A stretch of DNA of 62,174 nt, from the NCBI GenBank assembly GCA_035549295.1, contig DASZRG010000026.1, forward strand, positions 1 through 62,174. The letters are read 5' to 3'. Every line of letters starts with the position of its first letter. The first letter of the stretch is position 1. The stretch is from Patescibacteria group bacterium (GTDB lineage: Bacteria > Patescibacteriota > Microgenomatia > Levybacterales > GWA1-39-11). Shown piece after piece: positions 55,027-62,174 of this stretch. The translations under genes were made by a program, and so were the position numbers. The notes under the pieces were generated by a model. The model was not told where the DNA came from. It ran no database searches and worked only from the letters and a program-made list of their open reading frames with translations.

Positions 55027-58000
55027 ATGAGCAATATAGGACTCCAATTCAAAAGTTATCTCCTTGAGAAAAAAAAAGTTAGTCATATCACTCTCAAGAA
55101 TTATTCATCAGATATAAGCCGATTCCTCAACTGGTATTCACAATACTTTGGCGTAGAATTCAGGCCCGACAATTTTGACTCAAAACTAATTAAGCGCTTT
55201 GTTGATGAAATGAAAAATGGAGGCGATCCTATCGCACGGCCATCCGCTCGCTCACTCGAGAGATACATCTCCACTCTCAAAAGGTTTGCCGACTTTATGA
55301 TTGCGACAAACCTAATCGTTGAAAATCCTTTTGCAAGCGATGAAAACCGTTCGCAACAGGCAACAGATGAGTGGAAAATGCGCGGATTCAAAGACTTTTT
55401 ATATGTAAATGGCGCATCTCGAGCTACCATGAAAAACTATATAGTCGATATTAACGCGTTCACTACCTGGATCAGCCAGAGCTTTGACTTTTCAGATATT
55501 TCAGATCCCGCCGAGCTCCTCACTAATTCTGTTCTTGAGCAATATAAAGTACGTCTAAAAGAAGTCTTTAATCTGTCTCAAGCGAGCATAGACCGCAAGA
55601 TTTCATCGATTAGAAAGTACTTTAAATATGCTGGCCGAGAGACTGAACTACCTGTAAAAGAGTATCAGAAGTTTATCAACACTGCTAAAGCTGAAGTTAT
55701 TGTGCCTGAACCAATTGCTACAACTGCCGAAAACACGCTAACCATGGATAGTCTGCAGCTTGAGCCGGACCCTGTTATGACTAGCTACTCGCCTATTCCG
55801 CCTTTTAGACTTGTTCAAAAGCTACTTCTTCCCTATCTGCTTCTTGAGGAAATGATCTCTCACAAAATAGCACTTGGAGTACGCCGCAGACACCTTGAAA
55901 CATATATCAAAGCAGGCGAGCAACTGCCAAAACCCGATGTTAAAAATACTAACACTTTACTAAATAGACTTAAAAATAACCGCCCCATGTGGTACAAAAG
56001 GTATCACAATATGGCATTTACCAATTATTTACACCTCGCTATCCTTATTATATATGCGACTATTTTGAGCATGATCATGTATAGAAATATGTTTGACAAC
56101 AAAAACGGCGTCCAAGCATCAACTATTGCACCTCAGCGCGTATTATCCTTTCAGGGTCGCCTAACAGATAACAACGACAATCCTATCACCTCGACAACAA
56201 GTGTAAGATTTCAGATATACAATGACGCAAGCGCATCGGGCTCTGCCCTTCTCTGGCAGGAGGTCGATTCTGTAACACCCGATAACAACGGTATTTTCTC
56301 AGTTCTTCTTGGCTCAGGAAGCAATTGCAACGGCCAACCCCTCACATCGCAAACAACGCCATGCGCAATTCCCCAAGATCTCTTTGGAACTCATGACAAT
56401 TTGTATTTGGGTATTGCGGTCCAGACAACTGCCGAGCTGACCCCTCGCCAAAAGATCGCAACTGTTGCCTATGCTGCCAACAGTGAGTCTGTACAAGGAA
56501 TGCTTCCCACAACAGACTCAAACGCCGGGCAGACAAATGTAATTCTTGCACTAGACTCATCTGGCAATCTAACGATAGGCGGGTCAGCTAATCCTACTTT
56601 TTCCGCGTCCGGCGGACAATTCAAGCTTTCTGGACAACCAATAGTTCTTGCAACCAACCCTGGCTCAAACGGCGATATTCAGCTAATACCTGACGGAACT
56701 GGAAAAATAGATGCAGAAGCTCCACTCGTAAACAATGGCACATCAGGAATAGTTACCCCAGGTGGCGTTGAGGTCGATGACCGGTTTGGAGTAATTGCAA
56801 CAGAGTCATCTGTCGCTGCCTTTATCGTTAATAACAATACAACAGGCGGCGATATATTTGCTGCATCATCAAGCGGCACTACTCGCTTCGTACTACAAAA
56901 CACTGGTGATATAAGCATTCAACCAGGAGCCTCAATTGATACATTAAGTATAGGTTCGATATCTATTGGTGGAACTAATGCTAGCACTATTTCGCTTGGC
57001 CGAATCGGTCAAGGAATAAGATTTCCAGGTTTCTCGGTACAAAACGGTGTTTTATATGATGAATATGGGACTGGCAATCTGCAGCAGGTAACAACATTTA
57101 CTCCTAACCAATGTCTTTTGTCAGGACCATCAAATCCATATTGGGGAGACTGTTCGCTATCCGGAAGCAGCGCTTTCTGGAATCAGGTTAATGGTGCACT
57201 ATCCCCCAACAATTCGACCGTCGACTTTCTCGTTGGCGGACAGTCAAGCGCCTCTGCTAAGTTCTCGGTAACGAACGTGAACTCTGGCACGCCAACTGCT
57301 AGTATCTCGGGTAATCTGATTGTCATGCCTAATGTTTCAAACTCAAGTGGTGGAAATGTAGGAATAGGTGTGGCTTCGCCAACTCATACGCTTGAACTCT
57401 GGAACGACGATGCTGCCAAATCTCTTACAACAACTTGGACTGTCACATCTGACGAGCGAACCAAGACTAACATCCAGTCATTTAACGACGGACTTGCCGT
57501 CATAGATCAAATAGATCCAGTCACTTTTACATATAATGGTCTCGGAGGGACTATAGCAGGTGCATCTGGGATCGGAGTAATCGCACAAGACATACAAAAA
57601 GTTGCTCCATATACAGTTGGTACATTTCAAGCAAAACTCAACCCAAATGATACAAATGAGACAACTCTACTCGATTTCAATCCCCACGCTCTTTTCTTCA
57701 TAACTATTAACGCGATTAAAGAGCTTGATGCAAAAATTGGCGCGCTTTCCCAGAATGTCGTGACTCAAGCAATTTCTGCCGGACAAGTCTCAGCGCAAAG
57801 CCTTAACGTCGCAACGAATTCAATTACTATTGCTGGTGTTAACCTAAAAGACTATATTGCAGAAGTCGTAGCAGAACAGCTCGGAACGAGTCAACTAGTT
57901 TCACCTCTTGCATCGACCAACCAAGTTAAGACAAACGTCATCTCACCACTTGCTGATGACTCGCATATTTCAATTGGACTTGATAAATCAAAAGTAACTA

Positions 58001-59067
58001 TCCATGCAACTGAAGCATCAGGTTCTGCCGTTGTCGCATCGATAGATAATTCAGGCAACGCCACATTCTCTGGAAGTCTCACTACTGCATCTGCTTCAAT
58101 CTCAGGAAACCTAACAGCAGCTGGCGATGCAACCGTTGCAGGCACATTGTATGCAAACAATATACAGGCGAGCTCAATAGAGGGACTTGATGATAGGATT
58201 AAATCTATCACGCAGGCAAACGACGGGTTCAACAATGTATCAAGACAAGCTATTTCAAACTACCATACAGAAATTGCATCCGAATCCGCTGGTCTTATCG
58301 CAAGCATCAACAACCAAGACGGAATTGTCGTCGGGCATTTCATTGATATTCAGAATCTATCTGCCGACTTTGGCACCTTTAGACAAGGCCTAACTGCACT
58401 CGGCCCATCTACATTTGCCGAGGCAAGTGTCTTGGGGACTTTGAGCGTTGGCAACAATATGACTTTTGACCAAAACTCTATCAACACTTACGGCACCGAT
58501 CTTGCAATACAACCTCTGAAGCAAGGTGCGGTTGACTTCCTGGCTGGTGCCGTCCGAATCGAGACCGATGGAACACTCAAAGTTTCAGGCAATGCATACT
58601 TTGCCTCAAACGTCACGGTTGGCGGCAATTTAAATACAAACGTCATCTCTCCTCTATCAAATAGCAAGCCGCTAACAATTACAAACTCAAAACCATCCGA
58701 TGGTGAAACAGGACTTGAAACCGATGACCACACATTACTTAACGTACAAGGTTCAGCCTCGGTATCAGGATCTCTTACTCTTGGCAAACTCAATTTCCCC
58801 CTCGTTGCACCAGCCTATGCAGTGTCTGATGTAGAGGTTGTCGCAACGGGATCTGCCGGCATGACAACTCTCAAGCAATACAGAACCGAAGTAACTATAG
58901 ATAACCCTATCGTAACAGATCATTCTCTTATATACATCTCGCCAGTCGGGCCATCAAACGACCAGTCGCTCTTCCTCATGCGCCAAGTCCCCGGAAAGTC
59001 ATTTACAGTTGGCGTCAATTCCCAAGCAATAAGCGACATCAATTTCAATTGGATAATCGTAAATTAG
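55027..59067 (+). CDS. Giant single-pass membrane fibre protein: two N-terminal tyrosine-recombinase core-binding (SAM-like) domains, TM helix, tail-fibre-like repeats, internal peptidase-S74 chaperone module
   Basis: FKSYLLEKKKVSHITLKNYSSDISRFLNWY...RSLERYISTLKRFADFM...NPF and FKDFLYVNGASRATMKNYIVDINAFTTW...IDRKISSIRKYFKY are core-binding-domain-like. TM helix AFTNYLHLAILIIYATILSMIMY at nt 56014-56082. VDFLVGGQSSASAKFSVTNVNSGTPTASISG matches the repeat unit of the gene at 1-3586. TSDERTKTNIQ...VTFTYN...GVIAQDIQKVAPY...INAIKELDAKIGAL is S74-like (nt 57440-57750). Confidence 0.85.
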   Translation: MSNIGLQFKSYLLEKKKVSHITLKNYSSDISRFLNWYSQYFGVEFRPDNFDSKLIKRFVDEMKNGGDPIARPSARSLERYISTLKRFADFMIATNLIVENPFASDENRSQQATDEWKMRGFKDFLYVNGASRATMKNYIVDINAFTTWISQSFDFSDISDPAELLTNSVLEQYKVRLKEVFNLSQASIDRKISSIRKYFKYAGRETELPVKEYQKFINTAKAEVIVPEPIATTAENTLTMDSLQLEPDPVMTSYSPIPPFRLVQKLLLPYLLLEEMISHKIALGVRRRHLETYIKAGEQLPKPDVKNTNTLLNRLKNNRPMWYKRYHNMAFTNYLHLAILIIYATILSMIMYRNMFDNKNGVQASTIAPQRVLSFQGRLTDNNDNPITSTTSVRFQIYNDASASGSALLWQEVDSVTPDNNGIFSVLLGSGSNCNGQPLTSQTTPCAIPQDLFGTHDNLYLGIAVQTTAELTPRQKIATVAYAANSESVQGMLPTTDSNAGQTNVILALDSSGNLTIGGSANPTFSASGGQFKLSGQPIVLATNPGSNGDIQLIPDGTGKIDAEAPLVNNGTSGIVTPGGVEVDDRFGVIATESSVAAFIVNNNTTGGDIFAASSSGTTRFVLQNTGDISIQPGASIDTLSIGSISIGGTNASTISLGRIGQGIRFPGFSVQNGVLYDEYGTGNLQQVTTFTPNQCLLSGPSNPYWGDCSLSGSSAFWNQVNGALSPNNSTVDFLVGGQSSASAKFSVTNVNSGTPTASISGNLIVMPNVSNSSGGNVGIGVASPTHTLELWNDDAAKSLTTTWTVTSDERTKTNIQSFNDGLAVIDQIDPVTFTYNGLGGTIAGASGIGVIAQDIQKVAPYTVGTFQAKLNPNDTNETTLLDFNPHALFFITINAIKELDAKIGALSQNVVTQAISAGQVSAQSLNVATNSITIAGVNLKDYIAEVVAEQLGTSQLVSPLASTNQVKTNVISPLADDSHISIGLDKSKVTIHATEASGSAVVASIDNSGNATFSGSLTTASASISGNLTAAGDATVAGTLYANNIQASSIEGLDDRIKSITQANDGFNNVSRQAISNYHTEIASESAGLIASINNQDGIVVGHFIDIQNLSADFGTFRQGLTALGPSTFAEASVLGTLSVGNNMTFDQNSINTYGTDLAIQPLKQGAVDFLAGAVRIETDGTLKVSGNAYFASNVTVGGNLNTNVISPLSNSKPLTITNSKPSDGETGLETDDHTLLNVQGSASVSGSLTLGKLNFPLVAPAYAVSDVEVVATGSAGMTTLKQYRTEVTIDNPIVTDHSLIYISPVGPSNDQSLFLMRQVPGKSFTVGVNSQAISDINFNWIIVN

Positions 59068-59164
59068 AGACTAGATATTAGATACTAGAGACTAGCAATG
59101 AATCAAAAAAATCATAATATCTAGTATCTAGTGACTAGTCCCTAGAATTGTGCTAGCATAAATT

Positions 59165-59908
59165 ATGGAGGGAAATGTCAACCAGGCGGCCACGCAGCCT
59201 CCACAAGAGAATGTACCGCCAGGGATACCCACGAGTAACCCTCCGCAAGAAAGTGATATGGCTACCAAATCTTTAAGGCTACAAAAACTCGAGATAGCAG
59301 GCTTGGTCACGATCATTCTAGTTCTTGGTGGCTCCATACTTTTCTTTGATCAAATAAAAAGTCTTGTTACGAAGCAAAACAAACCAATCCAAAAGACAGC
59401 TACAATCGTACCTGATCAACACACAACTGCATCTTCAGATCCTACCCCAACAACGGAGCCCGATACAGGACTGGTATGCGCAGGGTATAAAAGACTTGAT
59501 GAAGCACTTGCCCATATTGATACCGCATGTGCACTTGACCTCTCGAACCAGAACTTGAGCGAACTACCAAAGGATGTCTTGAAGCTAAAAAATCTGACCT
59601 CGATCAATCTAGATAATAATAAATTTACTGCATTTCCAGATGATTTAACAACTTTTACGAAGCTACAAAGAATAGATATGAAAAATAACCAGCTCACCAA
59701 TATTCCAAACTCTATTACCAAACTTTCTTCTTTGCAAATTATTGATTTTTCAAACAATAAATTGGCCACCCTTCCGAATATAAGTAGCATGTTATATTTA
59801 CAAACAATAGATGTTTCGCAGAACAATTTTTCTGCTCAAGAAAAAGAGTCAATAAACAAAATGTTCGATCAACGTAATTCTCCTCAAAAGACTGATATTA
59901 GACTTTAA
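59165..59908 (+). CDS. Leucine-rich-repeat protein with an N-terminal TM anchor
   Basis: LDLSNQNLSELPKDVLKLKNLTSINLDNNKFTAFPDDLTTFTKLQRIDMKNNQLTNIPNSITKLSSLQIIDFSNNKLATLP. Confidence 0.8.
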   Translation: MEGNVNQAATQPPQENVPPGIPTSNPPQESDMATKSLRLQKLEIAGLVTIILVLGGSILFFDQIKSLVTKQNKPIQKTATIVPDQHTTASSDPTPTTEPDTGLVCAGYKRLDEALAHIDTACALDLSNQNLSELPKDVLKLKNLTSINLDNNKFTAFPDDLTTFTKLQRIDMKNNQLTNIPNSITKLSSLQIIDFSNNKLATLPNISSMLYLQTIDVSQNNFSAQEKESINKMFDQRNSPQKTDIRL

Positions 59909-59927
59909 GGTAACTACTTAGTTATTC

Positions 59928-62174
59928 TTATTGACAAGTCTGTCCCCATGCAATATTAACTGGGATTGTACAGGCTGAATTCGAATAGTAACCCATATTG
60001 TAAGATACAGTACTCCCGCAAGATGCCGTTGTAGCCGATGTTCCGGAACAGATTGGCCATGGGGGGCTTGAATTCAACGTGCAAACACCATTATTAATTA
60101 CATATTGAGCTGCGTTTGAAGTAGCCGTGCACGCAGAGTATGCAGGGTATGGATAGCCATAAGTCGTTACACCATCGCAGTCCCAATCCCCAGAATCCCA
60201 TGTATTTCCTGCAAGATCATTTCCCTTAATGCCCTGTCCGCGTACGCCGCCGTGACCACCTGGATAGCCAGGTTGCGCATAATACTCTCCGTCAAAACAG
60301 TCAAGCGTTGAACTTTGTGCGGCTAGCCATCCTGTTGGCAAAGATCCGTTAGTACAGACTGATTGTTGAGCAAGCGTGTATGAGTCGCCATCGGTATCCG
60401 GATATCCCGTCTTCGTAACCCACTTTGAATTGTCGTTTGGAGCACAGTCACTTCCACCAAGTGCGGAAGTCGTTGCATCGGTATAAAGACTTGTGTTATT
60501 TCCTGGAGTTACATAAAAGGCAGCAAGAAAACCTGCTCCAACACCACCATTTGTCGATGTTGCATTTTTATTTCCCGAGGCGCCCGCCGCCGCCTGAAGT
60601 CCCATCGCCGCTGCAAGGGTTTGGTTGGAATTAGAATAATCCTCTTTCTCAGAAAGGGGCGATGTATATGACTGGAAGTTAGAAGTTATGTTTACACCCC
60701 ATAGACCTAGTAAAGTTTCATTGCTATTTGAAGTTGTTATGCCTGTCAGTGTTTTAGTACTAGTTCCTGTTGGAAAAAGACTACTAAGACCTGTGTCGTA
60801 TGCGATTGTACCTCCGCTTGCATTATCAAGCGTGATAATAGTGCCGCTCGCGAGCCCTCCTACTGCTTCGCTCCATTTCCATTGATAGTATGAAGGCTCA
60901 GTCCCAGATGATGTTATAGGCTTGTAGTATGAATAACAGACGTCTCCCGCAACGTTATTTGCAGCTCTACCACCTATTTGCACCCATGCAGATGGTGTCG
61001 CAGTCATTGATAGATTGAATGGTGAACTCGAGTCCACTGCACACAGGAGGGCAACAAGCATATCGCCATTACTAATAAGCGAGGGTTTAACAATCGACAA
61101 ATTATTTCCCGATCCTGTATTCGGATTCAGAGGCGCAACTTGCGCAATTGTATTCTTGGAAGCTCCAGAATAGTAATTGCGAATAAGAGGCTTCAAAGCA
61201 AACATAATTGACCCTCCATATGCTGTGCCAGATGTAAGAGTTGATGTCTGGATACCTGTCACACCAGGTGTAGTCTGAGTCATATCTGAAACTTCAAGAT
61301 ATAAATTAGCACCTGTGGAGGTTGATCCACCTTGCTTTCTAATAGTCCATCCAGAAGCAGGTGCAGGCACGCCAAAAGTCTTTGACGCAGTTGTCGTCAG
61401 ACCGGCAACGTGGAACACAACTGCATTGGCTGTCGCAGTCGTAACAGAGGGACCAGCAAATGCTGCCACAGGAACAGCGTTAGTACCATTTGCTGTTCCA
61501 CCACCTGATGTATCAATTGGTGAACTTGTATCAATCCCCGTGTATCTAAGTATAGTTACAGCTTCGTTTGTATCAGCTTGAAGCTGATAATATGATGGCT
61601 CGTTATTGGCGATTTTATAGTATGCAGAAGTAACGGTCTGAGTATTTGCGCCGCCGCCGCCATTATTTGTGATACTTTTGATCAGGGTATAGCCATATGT
61701 TGTAGGAGTAGATACTTGAAAAGATGGAACACCACCGGCTTTTGAAATAACAGTTACCATAAGTAGTAGATCACCATTTGCTGTATTATTTGGAGTATTT
61801 ACTAATACTCCTCCTCCACCAGAAGTACCGGTCGCAACCCCGGAGGTCGATGTTGATTTATAAGTAATGGTTTGAACAAGAGGTGTAGCAGCGCCAACGC
61901 ACATAGAAGCTGGTGAACCAGTATAATATCTATCTTGATCCGCATCTGCTGCTAGATTCGAAATGGATTGATAAATGCTCGAATTAGTATCGTCACAGTC
62001 AGTGTTATTAAGTACTCCTCCCACATAACAGCCCTGGACCCCCGCTCCATATCCATCACCATCAAGGTCCTGGTAAGAATTTGGCGTACAAGCTGTTGTG
62101 GCAAAAGAGAGAACGCTTCCATAAGCTGTACCGGCTGCATTTTGGGCAACAGAACAAAAGTAGTAAGTGGTACC
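59928..62174 (-). CDS. Large secreted Cys-rich protein with MopE-like DxDGDGY / DCDD motifs and duplicated beta-rich modules; N-terminus lies beyond the right window edge
   Basis: Track ORF 59928-62024 starts at an internal GTG. Manual translation shows the frame stays open to nt 62174 (...YQDLDGDGYGAGVQGCYVGGVLNNTDCDDTN...). Confidence 0.75.
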   Translation of the reverse strand, partial: GTTYYFCSVAQNAAGTAYGSVLSFATTACTPNSYQDLDGDGYGAGVQGCYVGGVLNNTDCDDTNSSIYQSISNLAADADQDRYYTGSPASMCVGAATPLVQTITYKSTSTSGVATGTSGGGGVLVNTPNNTANGDLLLMVTVISKAGGVPSFQVSTPTTYGYTLIKSITNNGGGGANTQTVTSAYYKIANNEPSYYQLQADTNEAVTILRYTGIDTSSPIDTSGGGTANGTNAVPVAAFAGPSVTTATANAVVFHVAGLTTTASKTFGVPAPASGWTIRKQGGSTSTGANLYLEVSDMTQTTPGVTGIQTSTLTSGTAYGGSIMFALKPLIRNYYSGASKNTIAQVAPLNPNTGSGNNLSIVKPSLISNGDMLVALLCAVDSSSPFNLSMTATPSAWVQIGGRAANNVAGDVCYSYYKPITSSGTEPSYYQWKWSEAVGGLASGTIITLDNASGGTIAYDTGLSSLFPTGTSTKTLTGITTSNSNETLLGLWGVNITSNFQSYTSPLSEKEDYSNSNQTLAAAMGLQAAAGASGNKNATSTNGGVGAGFLAAFYVTPGNNTSLYTDATTSALGGSDCAPNDNSKWVTKTGYPDTDGDSYTLAQQSVCTNGSLPTGWLAAQSSTLDCFDGEYYAQPGYPGGHGGVRGQGIKGNDLAGNTWDSGDWDCDGVTTYGYPYPAYSACTATSNAAQYVINNGVCTLNSSPPWPICSGTSATTASCGSTVSYNMGYYSNSACTIPVNIAWGQTCQ

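Noticed and set aside
55027-55650. Integrase-like N-terminus as evidence of an integrase or mobile element
   Set aside because: Only the core-binding (SAM-like) domains are present. No catalytic R-K-H-R-H-Y domain follows, and the ORF continues into a TM helix and fibre repeats.

Overview
Gene-dense, low-GC bacterial DNA. The gene content (compact F1Fo operon, MreB, LeuRS, ComEA/ComEC, UppP, very large tail-fibre-like surface proteins, dockerin-tailed secreted proteins, almost no biosynthesis) fits a Patescibacteria/CPR (Microgenomates-like) genome best; that taxonomic call is inference only. I call about 50 CDS and 2 tRNA-Thr genes. I see no rRNA, CRISPR array, transposase or catalytic integrase. 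Main observations: (1) Two giant single-pass membrane fibre proteins have predicted cytoplasmic N-termini made of mobile-element DNA-binding modules: an excisionase/MerR-type HTH in one, two tandem tyrosine-recombinase core-binding domains in the other. One of these genes (1-3586, minus strand) is absent from the supplied ORF track. The other carries an internal S74-type self-cleaving chaperone module. (2) Four tandem genes encode secreted proteins with a shared C-terminal Ig-like plus dockerin module and different heads (M64-like metallopeptidase, PAN/apple-like, Cys-rich, CAP/SCP). (3) The F-ATPase operon has no subunit a gene, and the gene at the subunit c position is a fusion protein without the ion-binding carboxylate. 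(4) Intergenic DNA is built almost entirely from stuttered 7-10 nt words in about ten families. The same words occur in frame inside comEA and leuS and form two signal peptides. (5) Many genes have a TATAAT box 6-7 nt before the start codon and no Shine-Dalgarno motif, suggesting leaderless mRNAs. Three higher-GC islets instead use strong GGAGG sites and look foreign; one lies between two tRNA-Thr genes beside a 13-nt duplication of a tRNA 3' end. All motif matches were made by eye, with no database search.
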